NCBI GenBank assembly: GCA_963720545.1
Contig: OY970399.1
Span: 1,120,001-1,184,000, forward strand
Length of the DNA stretch: 64,000 bases
From: an uncultured Acidobacteriota bacterium
Lineage (GTDB): Bacteria > Acidobacteriota > Vicinamibacteria > Fen-336
Direction of reading: 5' to 3'
Shown piece after piece: positions 9,589 through 19,604 of this stretch. The translations under genes were made by a program, and so were the position numbers. Position 1 is the stretch's first letter. Each line of letters begins with the position of its first letter. The notes below the pieces were generated by a model, which was not told the DNA's origin, ran no database searches, and saw nothing but the letters and a program-made list of their open reading frames with translations.

Positions 9589-10695
9589 ATGATCCGGTCC
9601 ATCGCCCGCGCTCTTTTGGCCTCTTTCTTCGCAGTGGCTGGCGCCCTGCCGGCCGCGGCGCAGGCGCCGATAGAGCTGCGAGTCGAAGACGAGGTCGTGC
9701 CGCAGGGCGGCATCGTGCAGATGAAAGTGGGGGTCACGGAATCGAAGCCGATCTCGACCGGCCGCGGCCGCTTCCGCTCGTCGGCGCTACCGTTCCTTGC
9801 CGGCCTCGTGGTGCTGAGCCCCGCCAACGACACCTACGGTGCGGCGGTGCTCGATGGTACCAACCTGAGCGTCTCCGCGGTCTCGACCACATTCGCCTTC
9901 GGCACCGATACCGATTACCCGATCCTGGCCGCGGCGCTGCGGGTTCCCGAGACAATGGCCATCGGGACGGTGGTGCCGTTCGAGATGGAGCCCGGCTCGC
10001 TCGTGTTCCGCGATCCTTCCGGCGCCGTGTATCCGACGACCTTCGAGAACGGCGCCTTCACGGTCACCCGGCGCGCGCTCTCGATCGACGACGTGATCCC
10101 CGGCAGCGCCGACCTCCCCGCCGGCGCCACGGTCACCATCCTCGGCCGCGGCTTCCTGCCCTCGACGCGCATCCGCTTCAACGAAGTCGAGCTGGCCGAG
10201 ACTCGCTACATCAGCGCGCGCCGCATCGACGTGGTGCTGGGCGCGCCCGCGCACATGCACGGCATGCGCATCCGAGCCGAGAACGACGACAGCCCGCGGC
10301 TCGAGTACTTCTCGTACCAGCGAACGACGGTCCTTGGCGTGACGCAGACGCCTGGCTTGCAGAACGTCATCCCGCTGTTCGCGCACCAGCCGGTGCAGGA
10401 CGCGACCGTCGTGGTGGCGAAGCCGACCACCGCGACCACCGGGCTCGCCATCGAGAACCTGCAAGGCGCCGCGGTGCGCGTGACGATCGACCTGCTGCGG
10501 CCCTCGGGCGAGATCATCGCGACCACCCGCCTGCGTATCCCGCCGAGCCGCTACATCCTGCGCAACGTCACCGAGCTCTTTTCGGCCGCCGTGCCGCGAA
10601 ACGCGCGGCTGCGGGTGCGGGCCCCATCTCCCGTCGAGGTGATGGGCATCCGTGTGACCGCGGCCGGCGCCGTCGAACCCATCCTCGCCAACTGA
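9589..10695 (+). CDS. Secreted protein with IPT/TIG-like Ig domain
   Basis: Signal peptide ending AAAQA; IDDVIPGS...GATVTILGRGF...IRFN typical of IPT/TIG. Confidence 0.65.
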   Translation: MIRSIARALLASFFAVAGALPAAAQAPIELRVEDEVVPQGGIVQMKVGVTESKPISTGRGRFRSSALPFLAGLVVLSPANDTYGAAVLDGTNLSVSAVSTTFAFGTDTDYPILAAALRVPETMAIGTVVPFEMEPGSLVFRDPSGAVYPTTFENGAFTVTRRALSIDDVIPGSADLPAGATVTILGRGFLPSTRIRFNEVELAETRYISARRIDVVLGAPAHMHGMRIRAENDDSPRLEYFSYQRTTVLGVTQTPGLQNVIPLFAHQPVQDATVVVAKPTTATTGLAIENLQGAAVRVTIDLLRPSGEIIATTRLRIPPSRYILRNVTELFSAAVPRNARLRVRAPSPVEVMGIRVTAAGAVEPILAN

Positions 10696-10797
10696 TCCTC
10701 GCCTGCTGAAAGAAACCTGTTCCGCATCGCGCGGGCGCGGGGTCACACCCTTGGAACCACGGACCATATCGTCCGCACTGCTCTAAGGAGATTCACA

Positions 10798-11307
10798 ATG
10801 TTCACCCCTCACAAGCTGTTCGCACTGCTGGCGGTCGCCGGCTTCGTTTCGTTCAGCGCTGCCTGCGGCAGCGAGAACTCGTCCTCGCCGGTCGCCCCGA
10901 GCAACGTCGCCGCGGGCGATGATGCGAGCCTCGCGGTCGACGCCTCGCACGGCAGCGACGACAGCAACGTCGGCAGCTCCGACGACAACGCCAGCGGCGG
11001 CGGCGGCAACGCGATCCGCGTCCGCTGCGAGCGCCGCGGCAACCAGCGCTCGAAGATCTCGGTCGACGGCCGCAACCTCCGCTCCGGCACCTACACCGCC
11101 CGCGTCACCTCCGGCGCCAACACCGCCAGCGCGGCGCCGCAGCACACCATCGGCGACGAAGTCGAGTTCGACTTCGACAGCAACACCGGCGAGGGCGGCA
11201 CCCGCATCCCCCGCACCTTCATCCAGGGCAACAGCGTCACCGGCCAGATCCTCAACGCCGCCGGCAACGTGGTCCGCAACCAGACCGCCCGCTGCGAGGT
11301 TCGCTAG
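10798..11307 (+). CDS. Hypothetical lipoprotein
   Basis: TAAGGAG RBS, lipobox-like SAAC, Ser/Asp-rich linker, small Cys-flanked domain; strong codon bias. Confidence 0.75.
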   Translation: MFTPHKLFALLAVAGFVSFSAACGSENSSSPVAPSNVAAGDDASLAVDASHGSDDSNVGSSDDNASGGGGNAIRVRCERRGNQRSKISVDGRNLRSGTYTARVTSGANTASAAPQHTIGDEVEFDFDSNTGEGGTRIPRTFIQGNSVTGQILNAAGNVVRNQTARCEVR

Positions 11308-11333
11308 CCTTCATCGGCGAGTGGGCTGACGTC

Positions 11334-11380
11334 ATCGGCGGATGGGCTCCTTGCGAACCCATCCGCCGATTTTCCGTTTG
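11334..11380 (+). terminator. Intrinsic terminator-like hairpin
   Basis: ATCGGCGGATGGG / CCCATCCGCCGAT 13-bp stem followed by TTTCCGTTTG. Confidence 0.65.
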
Positions 11381-11430
11381 TCGGAGGCTCGTTGCCGCTC
11401 CCTCGGCGGCTCCGTTCCCTAGGAAGCTCG

Positions 11431-11565
11431 TCAACTGCGTCCGGACGCAGTCGAACTGAGTCCTGACGACTCAAGTGCGACTCGTTCCAGAACGGTGTCA
11501 CGTTGCGCAGCACAGACTCAACCGTGGCATCTCAGAAACGGTGGACTGCGTCCGGACGCAGTTGA
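11431..11565. repeat. 135-bp element bounded by 22-bp inverted repeats, each containing a perfect 18-bp palindrome (REPIN/MITE-like)
   Basis: ACTGCGTCCGGACGCAGT at 11434-11451 and 11545-11562. Confidence 0.75.
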
Positions 11566-11735
11566 AACTCAGTCGTCTTACAGCACGTTGACTGCTAGAC
11601 GACTGTGCCCGCGGGGCGGCGCGGTAAGTGTTGGGTGCGGCAAACGCAGCAACGGATGCAGGGAGATCCTTCGCGCCCGGGAACGGACCGAAGCGCTCAG
11701 GAAAACGGAACGAACCAGGAACAACGAACAACGAC

Positions 11736-11776
11736 AATCGACGGATTGGACTGCAAGGGCGGCCAATCCGTCGATT
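11736..11776 (-). terminator. purH terminator hairpin
   Basis: AATCGACGGATTGG / CCAATCCGTCGATT 14-bp stem abutting the purH stop; T-rich tail on the minus strand. Confidence 0.65.
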
Positions 11777-13346
11777 AGTGCTTAAAGTGCCTCGCGCCGG
11801 TGAAGACCATGGCCAGCTTGCGTTCGTCGGCGGCGGCGATGACTTCGGGGTCGCGGACCGAGCCGCCCGGCTGGATGATCGCGGTGGCGCCGGCCTTGGC
11901 GATCTCGTCGATGCCGTCGCGGAACGGAAAGAAGGCGTCCGACGCAGCGACGGTGCCGGCGAGCGGCAGCTGCGCCTTGGCGGCGGCGAAGCGGGCGGCG
12001 TCGACACGGCTCATCTGCCCGGCACCGACGCCCACCGTCTGCTGCGCGTTGGCGAACACGATGGCGTTGCTCTTCACGTGCTTCACGACCGTCCAAGAGA
12101 GGATCAGCGCCTTCCATTCTTCCTCGCTCGGCGCGCGCTTCGTCACCACCTCGGCCTTCTCGCGCTCGAACGGCTGCAGGTCCCAGTCCTGCAGCAGCAG
12201 CCCGCCCATCACCCGGCGCATGTCGAAGCCTGCGACCTTGTGGATCGCCGTTGTGTCCATGTCCATGACGCGCAGGTTCTGCTTCGCGGCCAGGATCTGC
12301 TTGGCCTCGCCCTCGAAGCCGGGCGCGATGACGCACTCGACGAACACCGCCACAACCTTCTTCGCGGTGGCCGCATCCACCTTGCGGTTGAACGCGAGGA
12401 TGCCGCCGAACGCCGAGATCGGGTCGGCGGCCCAGGCGCGGTCGAAGGCTTCGCCGAGGCCCGAGGCGATGCCGGTGCCGCACGGGTTCGTGTGCTTGAT
12501 GATGACGCAGGCCGGGTCGTTGAGGTCGACGGCGAGCCGCCAGGCCGCGTCGAGGTCGAGGATGTTGTTGAACGACAGCTCCTTGCCCTGCAGCTTGCGC
12601 GCCGCGGCAACCGAGTACAGCGTCGAGCCGAGGTCGCTGTAGAACGCCGCCTTCTGGTGCGGGTTCTCGCCGTAGCGCAGGTCCTGGATCTTCTCGAGCG
12701 TGAGGCTCAGCCGGTAGGGAAAGAAGCTCTCGGCCGCGGCCGGGATGTATCCGCCGTTGCCGGCCTCGACCTGCGCGAAGTAGCCGGCGATGGCCGCTTC
12801 GTAGCGCGCCGTGTGGCGAAACGCCTTCTGCGCGAAGTAGAGGCGCGTGGCGGCGTCGATGCCGCCGGCGCGATCGAGCTGTTCCAGCAGCAGGTTGTAG
12901 TCGGCCGGATCGACGATCACCGCGACGCTCGCGAAGTTCTTGGCGGCAGCGCGCACCATGGTCGGCCCGCCGATGTCGATGTTCTCGACCGCCTCCAGGA
13001 ACGGCACGCCCTTCGCCACCTTGTCCTCGAACGGATAGAGGTTCACCACCACCACGTCGAGCGGCACGATCCCGTGCTCGTCGAGCGCCTGCATGTGGCG
13101 CGGGTCGTCGCGCCGCGCCAGCAGGCCGCCGTGGATGCGCGGGTGCAGGGTCTTGACGCGGCCGTCGAGGATCTCGGGAAACCCGGTCACTTCCGAGACG
13201 CCGAGCGTCTTGACCGAAGCCTTGGCAAGCGCGTCCTTGGTGCCGCCGGTCGAAAGGATTTCATAGCCGCGCGATGCCAGGCCCTTGGCGAGTTCGACGA
13301 CGCCGTCCTTCTTGTAGACCGATATCAAGGCGCGCTTGGCGGGCAT
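11775..13346 (-). CDS. purH: Bifunctional AICAR transformylase/IMP cyclohydrolase
   Basis: RALISVYKKDG, GRVKTLHP, IDIGGPTMVRAAAKN, LRYGENPHQ, ASDAFFPF. Confidence 0.98.
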   Translation of the reverse strand: MPAKRALISVYKKDGVVELAKGLASRGYEILSTGGTKDALAKASVKTLGVSEVTGFPEILDGRVKTLHPRIHGGLLARRDDPRHMQALDEHGIVPLDVVVVNLYPFEDKVAKGVPFLEAVENIDIGGPTMVRAAAKNFASVAVIVDPADYNLLLEQLDRAGGIDAATRLYFAQKAFRHTARYEAAIAGYFAQVEAGNGGYIPAAAESFFPYRLSLTLEKIQDLRYGENPHQKAAFYSDLGSTLYSVAAARKLQGKELSFNNILDLDAAWRLAVDLNDPACVIIKHTNPCGTGIASGLGEAFDRAWAADPISAFGGILAFNRKVDAATAKKVVAVFVECVIAPGFEGEAKQILAAKQNLRVMDMDTTAIHKVAGFDMRRVMGGLLLQDWDLQPFEREKAEVVTKRAPSEEEWKALILSWTVVKHVKSNAIVFANAQQTVGVGAGQMSRVDAARFAAAKAQLPLAGTVAASDAFFPFRDGIDEIAKAGATAIIQPGGSVRDPEVIAAADERKLAMVFTGARHFKH

Positions 13347-13356
13347 CCTGTCCTCA

Positions 13357-13384
13357 GTGAAAGGTGAAACGTGAAAGGCGAAAG
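13357..13384. repeat. Heptamer tandem repeat (GTGAAAG)x4, imperfect
   Basis: gtgaaag gtgaaac gtgaaag gcgaaag directly upstream of the purH RBS. Confidence 0.8.
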
Positions 13385-13397
13385 GGGATGACGGGGT

Positions 13398-14198
13398 TCA
13401 GCGATTGGGCGGTGCGGTCGGCGGCGGCTCCGGCTGCGAGGGTACACCAGCCGGCAGCACGCGTGCGACAGTGCCCATGCGCGTGAGGTCGCCGTGCGCC
13501 TCGCGCCAGGCGACGAGCCAGGTGGCTGCGATCGCGGTGATCGCACGCGAGTAGGAAAGCTGCGCGACGCCAAAGGCGTGCGAGTGCGCGTCGAGGGTGC
13601 GGTGGTCGACCAGGCGGCCCGCGCGAACGAACTCGGTGCCGAGCACCGGCGACTGCACGACGCTGCGCGCCAGCACCTCGTTCCAGTACTCGTACAACTC
13701 GGCGCGCGTCCCGCCCAGCGCCTTGCGGCTGTCGAGGATCACCGGGATGTTGGGCATCTGCACGCGCAGGAACGCGTAGTACTCCGGGATCACGCCCTGC
13801 GCCTGCGGCCTCGCGCCGGCGAGCGCGGCATCCGACAGGTCGGCGCCGATGCGGTACAGGCGGCCGAGCGCAACGAGCCCCGGATCCACCTGGCCCGCGC
13901 GCAGCAGCGCGACCGCGCGGTCCATCTCGACGTCCACGAGCGAAAGCGTCGCCGGTGAAAGGCGGCCCGCCGCCCGGTCCTGGGCCAGGGCGTTCGTGAG
14001 TTCGAGCGGCAGTCGCCCGGCGCCCTCGAGGATCGCCTGCTGCCGCTCCGCCAGCAATTGCGCCAGCGAGCGCGGCACCAGCCGGCGCGCGTCGCGGTTG
14101 ATGCCCGGCGCCACGTCCGCGGGCCAGGCGTAGCCGGGCGGCGCGAGCACGGCCAGGACCAGGACGGCCCACAGGGCGAGGGCCGCGCCCCGTTTCAT
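13398..14198 (-). CDS. Secreted helical protein, possibly degenerate phospholipase C/P1 nuclease fold
   Basis: Signal peptide ending GYA-W; C-terminal YSRAITAIAATWLVAWREA helix; ATGA-type overlap with the upstream gene. Confidence 0.5.
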   Translation of the reverse strand: MKRGAALALWAVLVLAVLAPPGYAWPADVAPGINRDARRLVPRSLAQLLAERQQAILEGAGRLPLELTNALAQDRAAGRLSPATLSLVDVEMDRAVALLRAGQVDPGLVALGRLYRIGADLSDAALAGARPQAQGVIPEYYAFLRVQMPNIPVILDSRKALGGTRAELYEYWNEVLARSVVQSPVLGTEFVRAGRLVDHRTLDAHSHAFGVAQLSYSRAITAIAATWLVAWREAHGDLTRMGTVARVLPAGVPSQPEPPPTAPPNR

Positions 14199-14776
14199 TT
14201 CACCGCCCGCGCCTTGAGCGTGACCTTGCCACCCTTGGTGTCGACCCGGTAGTCGACCGCCTTCACTTCGCTGTTGCTGCGCAGCTTGGCAGTTTGCTTC
14301 GCCACTTGCTGTTCGAACGCCTGGTAGGTCAGCGTCCCTGCCTCGCCCGCACGGCCGCGCTCCTCGACGAAGCGCTGGTACAGGGTGCGCACCGCCCCGG
14401 TGTCCTTGGTGGAGCCGATGCGCACCTCGCGCAGCTGCGCCGAAGGCGGCGCCTCGGGCTGCTGCTGCAGCACGATCGCGGGCGACGAGCCGGCCGGGCC
14501 GCGCACCGGAACTCCCGGCAGCCGGCCCTCCTCGAGGGCGCGCAGCCGCTTGTTCCACATCTCGTTGAAGACGTTGTAGCGGGCGACGAGCCCCTGGTAG
14601 CGGAAGCGGTCGGTGGCGTTCCTGATCTCTTCGTCGAGATAGCGCCTGATGAGCCGCTCGAGGCGCGCGCGCACTTCCATCGGCGGGCGCCGCTCGACGC
14701 CGCCGAAGAACTTCTCCCACTCCACCTGGAGGTTGCGGATGCCGAGTTCGATGACCGGAAGGTCGTCGCGAATCAC
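14195..14776 (-). CDS. MXAN_5187 C-terminal domain-like protein
   Basis: WEKFFGGVERRPP...RFRYQGLVARYN...WNKRLRALEEG...VDYRVDTKGGKVTLKA. Confidence 0.75.
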   Translation of the reverse strand: MIRDDLPVIELGIRNLQVEWEKFFGGVERRPPMEVRARLERLIRRYLDEEIRNATDRFRYQGLVARYNVFNEMWNKRLRALEEGRLPGVPVRGPAGSSPAIVLQQQPEAPPSAQLREVRIGSTKDTGAVRTLYQRFVEERGRAGEAGTLTYQAFEQQVAKQTAKLRSNSEVKAVDYRVDTKGGKVTLKARAVK

Positions 14777-15183
14777 GCCTGGTCGCCCTTGACGAACAAG
14801 TATACGAGCGGCAGCCACAGCTCGCGCGCATACGGAACCTTCTTGCCGGCGACCAGCACGTCGGTGCCGCGATTGTTGCCGACCAGCGACACGAGGTCGC
14901 GCAGCGCGTTGGCTTCGCTGGTGGCGAACTCGGCGCGATGGCGGGTGCGCGTGCCGTCCCGGAACGTGCGATACGCGGAGGCGCTGCGCGCCAGCTGCAG
15001 AGCCCGGCTCGCATCGGCACCGCTGAAGTCGTCGAACACGACGCCCATGCGGAAGGGTCGCGGCGCGCTGCCGGGATAGAGAAGCTCGCGCAGGTCGTCG
15101 TCGAGGCGCGCGGGGTCTTCTTCCCCGGCGGCGAGGATCGGCGGCAGGCGGTCGGCGAAGTCGGGGGCGCGGTCGTAGGACAA
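14773..15183 (-). CDS. Hypothetical protein
   Basis: Coupled to the downstream gene; start is TTG 15183 or ATG 15207; KKVPYARELWLPL C-terminus. Confidence 0.6.
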   Translation of the reverse strand: MSYDRAPDFADRLPPILAAGEEDPARLDDDLRELLYPGSAPRPFRMGVVFDDFSGADASRALQLARSASAYRTFRDGTRTRHRAEFATSEANALRDLVSLVGNNRGTDVLVAGKKVPYARELWLPLVYLFVKGDQA

Positions 15184-15191
15184 ATCGACCG

Positions 15192-15199
15192 AGTATAGT
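15192..15199. promoter_or_regulatory. Overlapping bidirectional -10 boxes
   Basis: AGTATAGT gives TATAGT (+) 6 nt before selA ATG and TATACT (-) 8 nt before TTG 15183. Confidence 0.55.
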
Positions 15200-15205
15200 C
15201 CAGGC

Positions 15206-16626
15206 ATGAGCAGCTCCCGCGGTGATCTGAGCGACCTTCGCCGCTCGCTGCCGTCGGTGGACGAGCTGCTGCGCAGCCCCGCCGGCGCGGCCGCGGCGGC
15301 GCGCTTCGGCCGCGGGCCCCTGCGCGCGGCAACTCGCGTGGTTCTGGCGGAAATGCGCGCCGCGCTGAGCGGCGCGGGCCGGGCCGGCGCGCCGCAGCCC
15401 CAGGCCGACAGCGCCGGGCTGGTCGCGGCTGTTGTGTCGCGCCTCACAGGAGCCACGGCGCCGTCGCTCGAACGCGTCATCAATGCCACGGGCGTCGTGG
15501 TGCACACCAACCTCGGCCGCGCTCCCCTCTCGGCCGCGGCCATCGCCGCGGTCAACACTGTCGCGAGCGGCTACTCGAACCTCGAGTACGACGCCACCAC
15601 CGGCGGGCGCGGCAACCGCGAGGCGCACATCGAGTCGGCCTTGCGCCGCCTGCTCGCAGCCGAGGCGGCGGCGGTCGTCAACAACTGCGCCGCGGCCGTC
15701 CTGCTGGCGCTCAACACCTTCGCCGAAGGCCGCGCGGTGCTGGTGAGCCGCGGCGAACTGGTGGAGATCGGCGGCTCGTTCCGGATTCCCGACATCCTGC
15801 GCAAGAGCGGCGCGACGCTGCGCGAGGTCGGCACCACCAACAAGACGCGGCTCGCCGACTACGCCGACGCGCTCGGCGGCGGACCCGGCGAGAGCGGAGT
15901 GGGACTCATCCTGCGTGTCCATCCCAGCAATTTCCGCATCGTCGGCTTCACCGAGAGCCCCGCGCTCGCGGACCTGGCGGCGCTCGCCGCGCGCGCCGGC
16001 ATACCGCTCGTCGAGGATCTCGGCAGCGGCCTGCTCGATGCGCCCGCCGGGCTCGAGTCGGAGCCGAGCGTGCGCGAGAGCCTCGCCGCCGGCGCCGATC
16101 TCGTGACCTTCAGCGGCGACAAGCTCTTCGGCGGACCGCAGGCGGGCCTGTTCGCCGGCCGCGCCGCGCGCGTCGACGCGATGCGCACCAATCCCCTGTA
16201 TCGGGCGCTGCGCGTGGACAAGATGACGATTGCCGCGCTGCACGCCACCCTGCTGGCGCACGAAGCCGGACGCGCTGCCGTGCAGGTACCGGTGCTGCGG
16301 ATGCTCGTGGCGCAGCCCGACGAGCTGCAAGCGCGCGCCGAACGCATCGCCGACCAGGTGCGCGCGGCAGGGGTCTCGGCCGATACCGTGCCCGGTCATT
16401 CCGCGGTCGGCGGAGGCGCAGCGCCGTCGCTGGCCCTCGCGACCACCCTGGTGCGCATTGCGGTTTCCGGGCAGTCGGCCGACGAGCTGCACGCGCGGCT
16501 GCGCGCCTCGCGCCCGCGGGTCATCGCACGCATCGAGGACGGCGCGCTGCTCATGGACCCGCGCACCGTAGACACGGCCGAGGAGTACGCCCTGATCCGC
16601 GCGCTGCGCGCCCTGGCTGCCGTCGA

Positions 16627-16630
<4 letters not shown>
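15206..16630 (+). CDS. selA: L-seryl-tRNA(Sec) selenium transferase
   Basis: VINATGVVVHTNLGRAPL, SRGELVEIGGSFRIPD, EVGTTNKT, FSGDKLFGGPQAG. Confidence 0.97.
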
Positions 16631-18068
<1,438 letters not shown>

Positions 18069-18072
<4 letters not shown>

Positions 18073-19604
18073 CGCGCGCTGTCCTGGCTGGCGGCGGCCT
18101 GCGGCTGCGGCAGGCGCACCTCGACCGGCCGGCTGGCCGCGTCACGCACGCTGCGCACCAGGCTGTCGATGGCGGGCTCCATCTTGTGCGTGAAGTAGGG
18201 GCTCGCGACCCCCATGAACAGGCTGAGCGCGACCAGCGGCACGAGCACCGCGAACTCGCGCGGCGAGAGGTCGGAAAGCCCGCGGTTCTTCTCGTTCGTC
18301 ACCTCGCCGTAGAGCACGCGCTGCAGCATCCACAGGACGTAGGCGGCCGCCAGGATCACGCCGATCGACGACACCGCCACCATGGTCTTGCTGAAGGGCC
18401 ACGACCCCATGAGGATCAGGAACTCGCCGACGAAGCCGTTGAAGCCGGGCACTGCGATCGACGACAGGCCGACCAGCAGGAACAGCGCGGAAAACCACGG
18501 CATGACGTTCTTGATGCCGCCGAACTCGGCGATCAGGCGGGTGTGGCGGCGATCGTAGAGCATGCCGACGCACAGGAACAAGGCGCCGGTGGAGATGCCG
18601 TGGTTCAGCATCTGGTAGACGGCGCCGGTCACCGAAGTGGTGGTGAACGCAGCGATGCCGAGCATGACGAAGCCGAGATGCGAGACGGACGAATAGGCGA
18701 CGAGCTTCTTCATGTCGGGCTGCACCAGCGAGACCAGCGCGCCGTAGATGATGCCGATCACGGCGAGCGCGCCGATCCACGGCGCGAAGCGCAGCGCCGC
18801 ATCCGGGAAGAGCGGCATGGCGATGCGCAGGAAGCCGTAGCCGCCCATCTTCAGGAGCACGCCGGCAAGGATGACGGAGCCGGCGGTCGGCGCCTCGACG
18901 TGCGCGTCGGGTAGCCAGGTGTGGAACGGCCACATCGGCACCTTGATCGCGAAGGCGAGCGCGCAGGCGAGGAACAGCCACACCTGCATTGCCGGCGCCA
19001 CCGGGTTGCGCGCCAGCGCGAGGATGTCGAGCGTGCTGCCGCCGGTGGTGCGGTAGAGCACCAGGAACGCCACCAGCATCAGCACGCTGCCGGCCATCGT
19101 GTAAAGGAAGAACTTGACCGCGGCATAGATGCGGCGCTCGTGGCCGAAGATGCCGATGAGGAAGTACATCGGGATCAGCATCGCTTCCCAGAAGATGTAG
19201 AAGAGGAAGAGGTCCAGGGCGCAGAAGACACCGAGCATGCCGGCCTCGAGCAGCAGCATGAAGATGTTGAATTCCTTGACGCGCTGGCCGATCGAGTCCC
19301 ACGAGGCGAGCAGCGACACCGGCGTCAGGAAGGTGGTGAGGACGATGAGCCACAGCGAAATGCCGTCGATGCCGAGGTGGTACGAAATGCCATAGTCGGG
19401 CAGCCAGGGGCGCGCCTCGGTGAACTGCATGCCAGGCACGCTCTGGAAACCGGCCACCAGCAGCAGCGACGCGGCAAAGAGGGCGACCGCGCCCACCAGG
19501 CTGACCGTCTTGACCAGCCGGTCGTTGCCGCGCGGCAAGAGCGCGATGAGCGCCGCGAGCGCCGCGGGCGCCACGATCAGCGCGGTCAGGAAGAAGCGGC
19601 TCAT
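18069..19604 (-). CDS. nuoM: NADH-quinone oxidoreductase subunit M
   Basis: FWEAMLIPMY, KVPMWPFHTWLPDAHVEAPT, KKLVAYSSVSH. Confidence 0.96.

Noticed and set aside
11431..11565. Possible CRISPR array
   Set aside because: Only two repeat copies about 90 bp apart, arranged as inverted repeats, and no cas genes in the window
13347..13397. ZMP/ZTP riboswitch upstream of purH
   Set aside because: The spacer is only 51 bp and is mostly heptamer repeat
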